Origin: the human T2T-CHM13v2.0 reference genome, Homo sapiens
Direction: 5' to 3' (one strand)
NCBI RefSeq assembly: GCF_009914755.1
Contig: NC_060928.1
Length of the DNA stretch: 64,000 bases
This document shows positions 13,360 through 29,043 of this stretch, piece after piece. Below the pieces are notes generated by a model. That model worked only from the letters and a program-made list of their open reading frames with translations, made no database searches and was not told the DNA's origin. The position numbers were made by a program, and so were the translations under genes. Position 1 is the stretch's first letter. Every line of letters begins with the position of its first letter.

Positions 13360-14879
13360 CAACTATTTAAGGCAAATATTGTACTCTCCCCTTACACAGA
13401 GAGAAAACTATTATAAGATATTAAGCATATGTAGAACAGTTGAGACAGGCAAGCATATATCACAGAATTTGATTGGCTTGGTATTGTGACTGCAGAGATG
13501 AAACTGAAAAAAAAATGTATATGTTACAGAAGAAAAATGGACTGACTGTCTCAAAGAAACTCTGATAATAGCTTACAGATTTTATCTGGTTCAATCATTC
13601 ATTGGGTGACCAGATCCTTTCAAGACCAATGACCTCCTAGCTACCAGGAGTGGGGTTTTATTTTTTAAAGCACGTCTAAGGTAGAGAGCTCTTATATGAA
13701 GTGTTGAGTAAAGCTAAGAGACATACAAAAATGCATAATGGAAGTAATGGTTTAAATATTAAAAGAGAGTAAAAGGCATAAAGTTCAGATGAACCAAGGG
13801 CAAGGATTAAGCTTCAAGTCACATAGTCAATCACTCAAAAAACTGGAATGTCTTATGGAATTCCTTAGTGATTTTTAATATAGTCTGTGTGTATAGTTCT
13901 CATTTATGGATGAAAGAAGACAGGTACAGTGAATGGATTAAGAAAGATGAAAGTAGTGATTGGAAAGGTGACTTGGCTTAAGAGTCAGTGGTAAGGCACA
14001 CAAGTTGAGTAGCTTATAGAACATCGCACCACCAACTCCTTTGGCTGCTCCAAATCAACAATCAGTAAAGCTGACATATCATACCTTTAATACTGGTGTT
14101 ATTTTCCTGATGAGGGACAGCAAGAGCTTGAAAAAAAGATTCCAATACTAACAAAAAAAAAAAAAAGAAGAACCTCCTACCCCAGTAAAGGAATACCTGA
14201 ACCAAATGTGAACCATCTTCTTTCTAAGGTTAAAAAAATATGGCTTTGTTGGGGTACTTTCCCTATACCAAAGGATCTCAGAACATCTCTTAGAATACAT
14301 GAAGGAATTTAATCTACAGATACAGATAAAGAATTAGCTGTGTATTAAAAGGCATTTATATAAGAAGAATAGTTTATCTTGCTTTATTTTATGACCAAGT
14401 TTCTCAAGCCTTCAAATTACAAACTCATTAGGCTAGACATATCATCAGTTATTCATAAAATGTAAACAGAACATAAACATGTCCCCTAGATGAAGAATAT
14501 AAATATGATAAATGTTATTTACCTTTGACTATATTTCACAGACAATAAAAGGGGATTATCTTCCACTAGCACTTAATTTGGGAGCACTTTTCCCTTGGCA
14601 AGTTAGGGCTTCAAGGCTTGAGAGGGTCATGTAATAAAGGATTAATATATTAATTATATATAGGTTTGTCTGTGAATGACAAAAAATTAAAAAGTATTAA
14701 CTTTAAAAACAAATAGAAGGTTATTTCTCTCTCAGGTAAAATCCAATAGAATCCTTCTATTTTATGGCCCACCTGGCATGGTTTCCACTGTCAAATTTAC
14801 CTCATGGTCCAAGATGGCTACTCCAGCTCCAGCCGGCAAGTCCCCATTCCAGCCAGCAAGGTAAGAAAAAAGAAGGTAG

Positions 14880-15250
<371 letters not shown>

Positions 15251-15360
15251 CTATGATTTGAATGTGTCCACAAAAGTTTATGTGTTAGAAACATAATACC
15301 CAATGCAACAGAGTTAAGAGGCAGGGCCTAATAAGAGGTGGGATCTTTAAGACTTGACTA

Positions 15361-15988
15361 TGTTCCCAGACTGAACCAAGGGTCAGGCTGCTTATTCTCA
15401 TGGTCCAATAATGAGATGCAAATGAACCGGGAAACAAAAGGGTTTATTTCTATAACCAAGTACAGGGAAAAGTCTGGGAAATTATCGCCAGACCAACTCA
15501 AAATTATGAAGTTCTTCAGGGCTTATGTACCTTCTAAGCTGTATGTCTACATGTAAGTGTGCATTCATCTAAAGACATAAGTGATTAATTCCTTCTAATC
15601 TATAACTAAGGTCTGAGTCTTGGGAACCTTCCTCCGAAGCCTCAGTAAATTTATTAAACTAGTGTGTCCAGATGCCAAATGTGATTACCCTTATCTTCTG
15701 CTAAGTTATGAAGGTTTGGGGAGTTATTTTCAACCCCTAATGAATCTTGTTTAATCCTAAATGGATCCTGGTATGAGGAGTGTGAGCATTCCTTTGTTAT
15801 CTTGTCATGCTTCAAGGCTCAGGAAGGCCTAGGCAAAACTCTTCCCGGGCCCTTATTACTCGTTCCAGCCTTTGTGTAAGGACACTGGTTCTCTCAGCCT
15901 TTAATATTTAACCTAACCATTTAGTCAGTATGAAACAGTTGTTATGGAGGCCTGCCTGTTCAGCTTTTGTGAGACCTGGCCTGCCACA
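15361..15988 (-). mobile_element. ERV1-class solo LTR (family not determined) inserted in the MST 5' LTR
   Basis: TG...CA ends (TGTTCCCAG...GGCCTGCCACA); 4-bp TSD ACTA at 15357-15360 and 15989-15992; MST sequence resumes across it. Confidence 0.8.
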
Positions 15989-16431
15989 ACTAGATTATGT
16001 GACCTCTGCCCTCATGAATGCATGGATGCTGTTATCACAGGAGAGGGGTTTGTTGTGACAGGAGTGGGCTCCTAAGAAAAAGTTTGTCTTGATTTCTTCT
16101 TTCTGTCTTCAGAATAAAACTTGTTTAATCCTAAATGGGTCCTGGTATGAGGAGTGTGAGTATTCCTTTGTTATCTTGTCATGCTTCAAGGACTACCTGT
16201 TCAACTTTTGTGAGACCTGGCCTGCCACAACTAGATTATGTGACCTCTGCCCTCATGAATGCATGCGTGCTGTTATCACAGGAGAGGGGTTTGTTATGAC
16301 AGGAGTGGGCTCCTAATAAAAAGTTTGTCTTGACTTCTTCTTTCTGTCTTCAGAATAAAACTTGTTTAATCTTAAATGGGTCCTGTTACGAAGAGTGTGA
16401 GCACTCCTTTGTTATCTTGTCATGCTTCAAG
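15950..16431. repeat. Tandem duplication, 2 x 241 bp
   Basis: 15950-16190 and 16191-16431 align end to end (CCTGTTCA.CTTTTGTGAGACCTGGCCTGCCACAACTAG...GTTATCTTGTCATGCTTCAAG). Confidence 0.95.
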
Positions 16432-16587
16432 CCCCAGGAAGACTTGGGCAAGATTCTTGGTGGGCCTTCATAACTTGTTGAACAAAGTTTTATTATTCAC
16501 TTCCACCTTCCACCATGGTACGACCCTTGCCAGGTGCCAGTGCCATGATCTTGGACTTTCCACTCTCCAGAACTGTGAACTGAATAA

Positions 16588-17368
<781 letters not shown>

Positions 17369-19471
17369 AAGGATGATTCTTATGAGGACTCAGAGAAAGG
17401 GAAAGCCTGGAACTTCTTAGAGATTACTTAAGTGGTCATAACCCAATTGTTGATAGAAATATGGACATTAGAGGCCATTCTAATGAGGACTCAAACAGAA
17501 ATTAGTAACAACATATTAGAAACTAGAGTAAAGGCCATCCTTATTATAAAGTAGCAAAGGCTGCCTGAATTGCATTTGTGTCCTAGGACTTTATGGAATG
17601 TAGAACTTAGGAGTGATGAAGTAGGATATCTTGCAGAGGAAATATAATACCTAAGCAGCAAAGCATTCAGGCTGCTGTGTGGTTACTTCCAACCGCATAT
17701 GTTGAGATCCAACAACAAAGGAATGAATTAAAGATGGAATTTATAATTAAAAGGAGAGTAGAACAGAAATGTTTGGAAAATTTTCACCTTGGCCATGTAA
17801 GGAACCAAAACGCATGGGAGAAAACACTAAGAGGATGGCTACACAACCATTTGCTAAAAAGATTCACATGGCTAGGAGGGATTCAGGTGCTATTCACCAA
17901 GTCAACAGGAGAAAGACCCGGAAGGCATTTCGGAGTTCTTCCAGGCTGCCCCTCCCCTTACAGCCCTAGAGCTCCAGTAGGGCAAATGGTTTCGTGGGGT
18001 GGGCCAGGGCGCCCTCCAAAGGCTCACTTCCCAGAGCTACCGCGAGACTCTGCTCCCTGCATTATAGTACAGCACTCCTCATCCACCCCAGCCATGGCTC
18101 AAACAACTCCAGGTGTAACTTAACATACCTAGCTGTAACCTTGCTGGCGTCCACATGGCATTAATTCTGCAGGTGCACAGAATACAAGAGCTGTGGGGGC
18201 CTGGCCTCCTCCACATAGATTTCAATGTCCGTGTTGCAGTTAGCCTTGGGGCCCAAGCAGAGATTTGCTACAGGGGCGAAGCCACAGCTGAGAGTCCCCA
18301 CAAGGGCAATGCCAAACAGAAATGTGGAGTTGTAGCTGCCACAGAGAATCCCCACTGAGTTAATGCCTAGTGGAGCCATGGGAGCAAGACCATCCCTGAG
18401 ACCTCAGAACTGTAGAGCTACCAGTGTGCAATACTAGCCTGAGAGAGATGCAGCCACAAGACACTAACCTAGAAGATCTAAAGCATGGGCTGAGACCAGC
18501 AATGCCATGAAGGCAGAGTTACTTGAGGTCTTGGGGGACCAACTCCTGGCCTAGCATGCCCAGGATGCAGTACATGGAGTCAAAGATTACTCTCCAGCTT
18601 TAAGACTTAATGTTGTTTCACTGTTAGGTTTTGGACTTAATTGAGGCCTTTTACTGCTTTCTCTTTTGGAATGAAAACGCTTATCGCATGCCTGTCCTAC
18701 CATTGTATTTTGGAAGTAGATAACTTGTTTAATTTCACAGACTCACAGTTGGAAGGTATTTGCCTCAAGGTGAATCATGCCTTAAGAGTCTCACCCACAT
18801 CTTATTTAGATGAGATTTTGGACTTTGGACTTTTGAGTTGATGCTGAAATGAGTTAAGGCTTTGGAACCATTGGGATGAAATCAATGTATTTTGCATTGT
18901 GAGAAGGAGGTAAATTTGGGGGTGCAGAGGAGGAATACTATGGTTTGAATGTGTCCTCTAAAAGTTCATGTATTGGAACTTAATCCCTAATACAACAGTG
19001 TTGGGAGATGGGGCCTAATAAAATGTGGGACACTTAATCTCTGCTCTCATGCATGGATTAATGCCACTGTCATGGATGTGGGCAGTTATCACATGAGTGG
19101 GCTCCTAATAAAAGGATGAAGTTTGGCCCAGTTTTCTGTCTTGTGTGCTCACTTGCACTTTCTGCCTTCCATCATCAGATGACCCTCACTAGACACCAGT
19201 GCCATCCTCTTGGACTTCCCAGCCTCTGAAATCATGAGCCAAATAAACTTCTACTGTTTATAATTTACCCAGTCTGTGGTATTCTGTTATAGCAGCAGAA
19301 AATGAACCAAGACAATAATATTTCCCAAAAGTTGCCCAACAGTTTCTTTTACATCTTACTGGACAAAATGAACATCTGGCTGCAAAGAATTTACAAAAGA
19401 GTCTTTAGTCTGGTTGGCCACAAGCCTAATCCATAGTTGGGAATTCCATTATTGAATAACAAGGGGAGGAT

Positions 19472-19583
19472 TAGGGTAACCATGTAATTTATCTTCCAAA
19501 CTAAGACACTATTGAGTTATCAGAGAGCACCATCAATAATTAGTCTAGGATGGCATATGAAAACTGGAACATAAGGTCACCCG
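19472..19583 (+). mobile_element. MER94-like hAT-Blackjack MITE
   Basis: TAGGGTAACCATGTAATTTATCTTCCAAAC...CATAAGGTCACCC with inverted AGGGTGACC-type ends. Confidence 0.7.
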
Positions 19584-19879
19584 GGGGAGAGCAGATACTA
19601 AAGTGTAACAAGCAGTCTGCCATTGTTAATAATACTGGCTACTGTGTTTCAAGGCCAAAAAATGTGTCAGGTATGTAGCACTCACCTAGCTTTTTACTTA
19701 TTTAGTTGATATTATAACACTCTGAAGTCAATATTTTTATCCTCATTTTAATAGCTAAGAGATCAATGCTCAAAATTAAGTTGCCCATAGCTACACAGAT
19801 AGTGTCAAATCTGAAAATCAAATTCATTGCTTTTTACGTCTAGTTCCCCTGTTCTTTAACAGCCCTAGTTCCAGCTGCT

Positions 19880-20170
19880 ACTAACTTATGTAAAAAACAT
19901 GTTCCATGATCTCAAATGCATTATGCTAAGTTAAAGAAGCCAAACATAAATAAATGTATACAGTATGATTCTACATATATAATTATAGAAAAGGCAAAAC
20001 TAGAATGATAGAAGGCAGATTAGCCCTTGCAGGAGAGGGATCAGAGTTGAGATGAGCTACAAAGGCACAGGACAGCTATTTGGGGGTTGATTTAAATATT
20101 CTGTCATGATTGTGCTGGTGGGCATATGGTTGAGCTCATTTATTAAACTCATTGTACTATTCCTCTAATA
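19880..20170 (+). mobile_element. L1MD/ME 3' fragment
   Basis: ATCTCAAATGCATTATGCTAAGTTAAAGAAGCCA..TATGATTC..TAGAAAAGGCAAAACTA. Confidence 0.7.
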
Positions 20171-22289
20171 TTAAGAGGAAGAGAAAGAAGAAATATTTAA
20201 ATCAATCATTCTCTGGTATGGCCACAAAAAAAATGGTGATCAAGTATATCAGAGGTGTGGGAGGTATGAGTTTGCAGTTCTTATAACCCAATATTCTCAT
20301 TTGTATCACCAGAAGTAGAGACCAAAGAGGATATCCTCCATTTCACTAGCTCCTTGTGTGTTTCTGTGACCCTTCAGATGAGCTGGAGTTATGTATTGGG
20401 CCTCTTCAAGAAACCCCAAGAGACATCTTCTCTAATAAGATGATTCTTCTTCTGAGGTCCCACTTGCTTCCACATAACCTCTCCACATGGTTACTTTCTT
20501 CAATTTATTTTCTTCTATTTATTTGATTATCTATATGTCTATGATTATTGAATGATCAAAACTATAGATGCTCTGGGAGAAAAGAAACAAGCCCTATAGT
20601 AACTGCAAAGCTTCTAAAAATAAAATACCATGACCTTCAGTAGCAGAGTTGCTATTGCTTCATTGTGAAGCATGCTATATAACAGAGAGAAAGTTTTTAC
20701 CCAATTCAGTAGCTAAAAGAGAGCCATTTGAAGGAATTTCTGTAGATTCTGTGCAGGAGACTGATGTAATGAAAACCATGCTTCAGTAAAATGAATCTGG
20801 AAAAGTTATATAGAATAGATTAGAGTAGGGAGAGATTGTAGGAGGCAAGATCAATTAGGAAGCCTTCACAATGGCTCGAGTAAGAGCAAATGAAGGCCTG
20901 AACGAAGTTGGGCAGTGGGCGCAGAAAGGCCAGGGTGAAATGTGATTAGGTAGTTGACAGCTGAGGAGGAGAATGCAACCAGAGACTATTCTCCCTCCAC
21001 CCACCACTCTCTGGCCCAGACCCAGAAGTGCAATGAGGAGGAAAAACAGTACAGTCTAACAAATAAAGGTGTGGGTGGCCCTGGAACAACCTACTGAGGT
21101 ACTGAAATTGTTATTATTTCCCTGTAATTTTCATTATTTCTATCCTAGTCACAGTATTTATGTATTTGTTTTGTTTTGTACTGCCGTGTACATTTCTGTA
21201 ACAGCTAGGGAACATTGACATTAAATGCCTTGTAAATTGTTCTTTGTTAAATTCGATTCTAATGTAACTGGCTACCATCAATAAGGTTATTATTATCCTG
21301 CTGTCCTCTTTCAGTAATTCTATCTCCTCCCTTTAATTGTTCTGGTTATTCCATATGTCCCTTTTTTTCATTACCTACACAGTTGACAGTTGGCAACTTT
21401 TTTTTTTTTTTTTTTGCTTGTGCTTTTTTTTTCTGGTTAGCTATATTTTGTAACAGGTTTATAAAATTTAACTCCCATTATAACTCAGATATGAAGAGAA
21501 AATGAAAGTTCTTTATAGTTATACTTAATCTGACCCTCTGTCTTAGTCTCATCCCCATTAGTTAATAGGAAATATTAAGTTTTTAAATCTCATCCAATAG
21601 TGCTGACTTCGTCTCTCAAAAAAAAAAAAAATCATTCAGTCCCAAAGCTACCCTTCCTCCCCTGCATTTCTACCTAATGTGGCATATGGTGCCTTGTGGT
21701 AAGGGGTGGAAATGAGGCTTTTGAGTCCCCAGGGAAAAGGAAAGAGCCAGCTTTCAGTGCAATGTACTCTGCTTCCCCAGGTCTCCATGGCAACACCCAT
21801 GGCTCCTGGGAGCTGTTTGCCCTGCTGCTAGGCTGCATAGCTTCACTCTATGTCAGTGGCACTCATGTTTTGGTGTCTCTTGGCTTTGTCAGCCATTGGT
21901 AGTATATCCTGGTCAACCCTGGCTCATCCCTGCTCCTACTTGCCACAGATCTCCGAATAACAACTACAACCTCCTTTCAGTCCGTGGGCCTGTGGGGGTC
22001 CACCAACCCTCACTCCAGTCCCAGGAACATCACCGGGTGGGCCCACTCTTCCAGATCTAGCTTCTCACTGGAGGCCCTTGCAAGCAGCTCAGGAGAGCCA
22101 TCCTGTAAGATGTCCCTCTTCTGACCACACTGTACAGCTACATTGCTACAGCTGTGCCTGAGGCTGGTGCCACATGAGGCTCAGAGGTGATTTCTTAATC
22201 CTGAATAGGTAACAGGGAGAAAAGCTGCCTGCTCTCTTTGCCATCCACGTTATCCTCACTAACTCATCTTTTTTAGAGCTGGTCGAGCT

Positions 22290-22500
22290 AAACAGCCTAA
22301 TTCAGCTCTGCTCTTCATTAGATGCATGATCTCAAATAAGTTATTTAGGGGATCTGTGTCCCAGTTTCCTCAACCGTAAAATAAGAATAAAATAACTCAT
22401 AGTGTCATTGCGAGGACTGAATGAGCTGATACATACAAGTACTTATACGTACTTGTGTACATGTAAGTCATAACATAGAGAAGGTCTTCAGTATGTTAAC
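22290..22500 (+). mobile_element. MIR SINE
   Basis: MIR core-like CTGTGTCCCAGTTTCCTCAACCGTAAAATAAGAATAAAATA..GAGGACTGAATGAG. Confidence 0.7.
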
Positions 22501-23413
22501 TCTTTTTCTTTTCCTGCTCACAAATGTCTTGAGATAGAAAAGGGAAAGGTTTTTAATTATTTCTTATAGATAACCTCTTCTGGACTCCAGCCAATCCTTA
22601 ATGGCAGACTGTTAAGTCTCCTCTATGCCACAGGACAGCTCAATAAGCTGTACTCTCTGCACTTGGTTGTGGGTATGCTGAAGAAGGAGATCAAGTAAAT
22701 TGGAAAAGTCTCTCTCAAGACAGAATCCTAGCACTATGATTCTAGGACTATGATTCCCATTACATGATCTGATGATGGAATAATGGAGGCTGAATATTTT
22801 CTTGGTCTATTCTTCGTATTCCTTCTCGAACATATTATATTCTTTGCCCCGCTACCCACCCCAGTCCTCCAGGTAGTTAGATTCCTAGATAAATTCACTC
22901 ACAGATCATGGGAAGGTAAAAGAGAATAACACATTAGAAATTTTAAAAGTTGCTCTTTTTCATTTATATTCCCAGTTTTTCTATATATATATTAAGAGCT
23001 GACCAAATAATCAACAGTGTCCAAATTTTTCTGCCCTACCCAGTCTAACATTTGTGTAACATGCCCTCCAGTTTAAAATTTAGCAAACTGCAACTTCATC
23101 CATGCATATATTAGAAATTACCTCTTGCTTTTTTCACAAAATATTGTCTCAGTATAATTAAATGTTTTGTTAAAGTGACCTATTCAAAATAAATTATCAA
23201 AGAATAGCAAAAGATCTCAACAGATTACCATATACTATGATGATTTAACTTTTGCTAAAAGAAGTAAATCTAATTGCTTATAATATTAACTCAAAGAGAA
23301 ACAGTACAAAATCCCCAAATCTGTCATGTAAGCTAAAACTCAAGTGTAAATTGTAATGAGCAGTGAACATCACCATATATTGACCACCAATATTAATTTA
23401 CAGGAGCCTTGAT

Positions 23414-23645
23414 TAACTACATTTATGATATAATGTAGTTATATCATAACTACATACTATACTGTATATATAACTACATACTATATATATACTGTATATA
23501 TAACTACATACTGTATATATAACTACATACTATAATGTAGTTATAACTACATTATATCTAATTATATATATAATTATATATAACTACATTATATAATATA
23601 TATAATATATATAACTACATTATATATATATAATATATAATATAA
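23414..23645. repeat. AT-rich minisatellite built from TAACTACAT and (TA)n with internal palindromes
   Basis: Eight TAACTACAT and two ATGTAGTTA copies; perfect 26-bp palindrome at 23531-23556. Confidence 0.9.
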
Positions 23646-24102
23646 CCATCAAACCCGAGTCATGTTTGTTTAGAATGCTGAAGGTTGAATGGCAATGTGT
23701 ACTGCTAAATGTTAAATTATTACAGAATATGCATTATTGAAGTAAATCACTTTCCTCATATCCTTTGGAAGAGACTGGCCATAAAATGTAGTTGGCCTAC
23801 TTCAGGGCAGTTTACCCATCCATGAATCCTGAGGGTGCATTAAGCTACATCATAACAGTCTGTGCTGATACAACCAACGTTCTCATGTTCCATTTACTCA
23901 GTCAACAGGCCCAATCAGAATAGCTTAACGTAATGGTGACGGTAATTGTCACTATGGAGCAAATTTGGATTTCTTTATTCAATACTATATACAGAAACAA
24001 GGAGCACAGAAGGTGAGGGATGGGGTGGGGTAGGGTGGGGGAAGATTCAGGAAACCCATAAATTCATCAAAGGCTTGGAAAATAAAGACTTAAAAAGAAA
24101 TG

Positions 24103-24400
24103 GGCCGGGCATGGTGGCTCACGCCTGTAATCCCAGCACTTTGGGAGGCTGAGGCAGGTGGATCACGAGGTCAGGAGTTCAAGATCAACCTGGCCAAGAT
24201 GGTGAAACCCTGTCTCTACTAAAAATACAAAAAATTAGCCAGGCGTGGTGGTGGGCGCCTGTAATCCCAGCTACTCAGGAGGCTGAGGCAGAGAATGGCG
24301 TGAACCTGGAAGGAGGTGGAGGTTGCTATGAGCTGAGATCATGTCACTGCACTCCAGCCTGGGTCACAGAGTGAAACTTCATCTCAAAAAATAAAAATTA
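24103..24400 (+). mobile_element. AluSg-type SINE
   Basis: GATCACGAGGTCAGGAGTTC..CTGGCCAAGATGGTGAAAC; near-TSD TAAAAAGAAATG/TAAAAAAAATG. Confidence 0.95.
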
Positions 24401-24829
24401 AAAAAATGTTATTCAGTCTGTAGAAAAGGATCCTAAGAGCATTTTTAACAGTTGCAAATTTCAGCGTAAACTCCTTTGGAACCACAAAAACTTGAACTTA
24501 AATTCTGGCACCTCTGCTTACCAGCTCTATGGGTTGGGGAAAATTACATAAACATGCTAAGCCTCGATTTCCTCAACTGTAATATAGAATACGTATCTCA
24601 TTGAAGAATGAAATGAAATAATATAGACATAGCAGTATTATCTGTGCCCCCATTATTCCAGCTCAGAGAGCTCCTGTCAGCATCCTCCTGTATGTCTGAG
24701 GTCCTATCTTACCATCCTGGGGCTTTGTGGTGATTAGCTGCATAGCACAGCTAAGTGGTAAACAATGAAGACTAGTCACACTCACCAGGCATTGCTCCCT
24801 TTTCAAGAGACTTAGCTGTGAAGGGTTCT

Positions 24830-25630
24830 TAGACTAGGGAAATGCAAATTTAAACCACAATGAGATACCACTCTACCCCTACTAGATTGATGAAAATTTA
24901 AAAAATTTAAAAAGTCTCAACAATATCAAATGATACCAAGAATGCAAAGGAACTAGAATTCTCGCACACTGCTGGTAGGAGTACAGAATGGTATTGTTTT
25001 TGGAAAACAGTTTGACAGTTACTTTTGGAATTAAATCTACCTTTATTAAATGATGCACAAGTTCTGCTCATGGGTATTTACCTAGGATTAATTAAAACAT
25101 ATGCCAACAAAAGACCTGTATGCTAATGTTACGGCAGCTATATTCATAATAGCCCAAACTGAAAAGTAGCCAAACATCCATCAAATGGAGAAATGATAAA
25201 AATCTTGTGGTGTGTTCATACAATCTAATACTACTCAAAAACAAACAAACAAACAAACAAACAAACAAAACTCACTCTTGTAAAAAATAACATGTTTGAA
25301 AGCATTATGGTAAATGAAGGAAGCCAGAATGAAAAAGCTACATACTACACGTTCCATTTATATAGAGTTCAGAAAAATACAAAGTCTTAGGGACAGAAAT
25401 CAGGCAAACATTGCTACAGTCTGGGGGACTGAAAAGGGATTGATTCCATTGGGGCACAAGGAATATTTTAGGGGCAATGGGAATGTTCTATATCATAGTT
25501 GTGGTAGTCGTGGTGGTTATATGAATATATATTTATTTCTAAAAATGCACCAAATTATACATTTAAAGTTGTGTAATTTTGTCTTATATAGCTTAGGTCT
25601 CTATAAACCTGACTTAAAAAATATTTCATA
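24830..25630 (+). mobile_element. L1MD/ME 3' fragment
   Basis: GGGAAATGCAAATTTAAACCACAATGAGATACCAC..TTTGGAAAACAGTTTGACAGTT..TATTCATAATAGCCCAAAC. Confidence 0.8.
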
Positions 25631-25703
25631 CCAAAAAAAGGCAAGTAAAAAAAGCACAAGACAGAAATTAATAAGTTATATATCTAAACCTAAACTTTTA
25701 CCA

Positions 25704-25935
<232 letters not shown>

Positions 25936-26297
25936 TGAATCTAAACTTTGCAAAAGACATACCTAAAACATAGTTATATAGGAACTTGAAATGTAAAAGG
26001 ATTTTAAAAAAAGATATTTTATACAAATACCAAAAAGGCACAAATTTAAAAAGAAAATTTAAAAATGAAAATACAGACCAATGTAGCCAATAACTGATTC
26101 TTAGAAAAGAATAATAAAACTCATAAACTTTTCACAGGATTGATCAAGGAAAAGTGAAAGAAAGCACGAATAATCAGCGTCAGAAATAAACAAGTGGACA
26201 TCACTACATATCCTGCAATCAATATCAAAAGAAGATATTATAAAGAGCTGTAGGCTAATAGATTCAAACCTGTAGATGGAATTGTCAAGATCTTTGA

Positions 26298-26648
<351 letters not shown>

Positions 26649-26802
26649 GTAATATTTCTTTCACTACTAAGAAATGGAGTCTAAAAATCTTCCTATGATT
26701 TAAAAATTTTTAATTAAATTATCTTGTACCAGATAACTTGAAATACATAGGAAGAAATAACACCAATATTGCACAAAATGTTCCAGAGAATGGAAAAAGA
26801 GG

Positions 26803-27332
26803 TGTGTTTGGAAGCTTCTGAAGTGACTCTCAATGATCCTCACCTCCTGGTATTCATGCTTTTGTGTAACCTCCTCTCCTTGAGTGTGGACTGGACCTGG
26901 TGACTTGCTTCTAATGAACAAAAGACAGCAAAATCATGGGAGATCAATTCCAAGATTAAGTTGCAAAAGACCATGACTTCTGTCATGCGAGCAGGCTTTC
27001 TCTCCTTACTCACTTAGATAAAGCAAGCTCTCTTGTTGTAAGCTGCCCTAAGGAGAGGCTCACAGGGCCAGGATACTGAGAGTGTCCTTGTGCCAACAGG
27101 TCATGAGACACTGAGGTCTTAATCTAAAAGCCACTGACAAACTGCGTGTCACTAACAACCTTGTGAGTGAGCCTGAGGTGGATCTTTCTCAGTGGAGCCT
27201 TGAGATGACTGCAGACTTGTGAGAGCCAAAAGATCCAACTAAGCCTTTCCTGACCCACAGAAACCATGAGATTATAAACATTGTTTTAAAACACTAAGTT
27301 TTGTTGTTGCACAGGATTAGATGACTAACACA
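26803..27332 (+). mobile_element. MLT1F-like MaLR solo LTR
   Basis: CAATGATCCTCACCTCCTGGTATTCATGC..CCTTGAGTGTGGACTGGACCTGGTGACTTGCTTCTAATGAA..CCTGACCCACAGAAACCATGAGAT. Confidence 0.85.
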
Positions 27333-27822
27333 AGGAGGAATGTCTGCAGTTTTATTTTGGGAGCCAACATAACCTTATTACTAAAATAAAGTGATGTGAT
27401 GATGAAGAAAAGTATAAGCCAATCTCACTCATGGACATAGATGAAAAAATGCTAAGCAAAAAAATAGCCAACAAATCCATTTTTACACAAAAAAGATTAT
27501 GCAAAATCACTAATTTGGGTTATTCCTCAGGAATACAAGCTTGTGTTAACATTTGAACAGTAATGACATATTTCATTACATTAAGAGAATAAAGGAAGAC
27601 TATATTATGATGATTTAAACAAATGCAGGAAAAATATTTCATAATATTTAATACCCATTCATGAAAAAATATCCTGCAAACTAGGGACAAAGTGAAGTAA
27701 TCCTTCCTTGAGAATCCTTAATCCAATAGATTATTGAAAACAAAACCTACATCAAACCTTACTTAATATTGATATGTTGCAAGCTTCCCTAGAGTTCAAA
27801 ATGAGATAAAGAGTCCCACTAA

Positions 27823-28184
<362 letters not shown>

Positions 28185-28223
28185 TAGACTTTTCAATAAG
28201 GAAAAATAAAGAAATAAAACACA

Positions 28224-28421
28224 CAGTTAACCCTTGAACAACATGGGTTTGAACTGCATGGATTCGCTTCTAGGTGGATTTTTTCCAGCAAGCACAGAGG
28301 GAAAATACAGTACTTGCAGCATGCGAAACTCACACATGTTAAGGATGGACACTGCAGAACTTTAAGTATTTGAGAATTTTGGTCCTGGAACCAATTCCCA
28401 GCCTATACTGAGGGATGACTA
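28224..28421 (+). mobile_element. MER8/Tigger2-type TcMar MITE
   Basis: CAGTTAACCCTTGAACAACATGGGTTTGAACTGC...ATACTGAGGGATGACT. Confidence 0.8.
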
Positions 28422-28631
28422 TATAATGTCTAGTAAGGAAGAGGAAAAAAAAGGTCACTCACAGAAAATATGTTTGCATATGTAGAAAACCAAAACCATA
28501 CAGATAAAACTTGAAAATATATTAAGTTAGCAACTTTGATAAATGCAAGCTCATTGTACAAAATCCAATTGCATTTCCATAAATCAGGAAAAAAACAATT
28601 TTAAAAATTTAAATTTTATAAAAATACTGCA

Positions 28632-29043
28632 ACTATTTGAATTTTCTAGGAAGCAGATTCTGAGAAAGATATTTCCATAACTTACTGGGATGTATTCTCA
28701 AAACCAACATATGGAGAGTGAAGAAAGTAGGATTGAGCAAAGGGAAAATTAAATTTCAATGCAGTGACAACAAGGACTCAGCCAATCAATCCTACAGGAG
28801 GCTCTGAAGTTGGGATGGTGCTTCAAAGGGTCTCAAATTGGGATAAGGGGACCTCTCAGGCTTTTATATTCTTACATTGAATCCTCTTTGGAAGGTGGGA
28901 GTGGTGCGAGGTGACCTTAGGCCAGGTGACTCTCTTCAACTGAAGGCAAGCTCCAGGGAGACTCAGCTGAATGCTGTTAACCCCTAACACTCCCAGCAGC
29001 TCCAAGAGGAGGGTTTAGGTGGTACACCATGACATCCACTACA
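28632..29043 (-). mobile_element. LTR16-like ERVL solo LTR
   Basis: CTAGGAAGCAGATTCTGAGA..GTAGGATTGAGCAAAGGGA..CTCAGCCAATC..GGCTCTGAAGTTGGGATGG..CATCCACTACA. Confidence 0.7.

Noticed and set aside
17677-18123. 148-aa ORF in the MST internal region
   Set aside because: Non-ATG start and a decayed MaLR internal sequence with stops and frameshifts around it; no evidence of domestication
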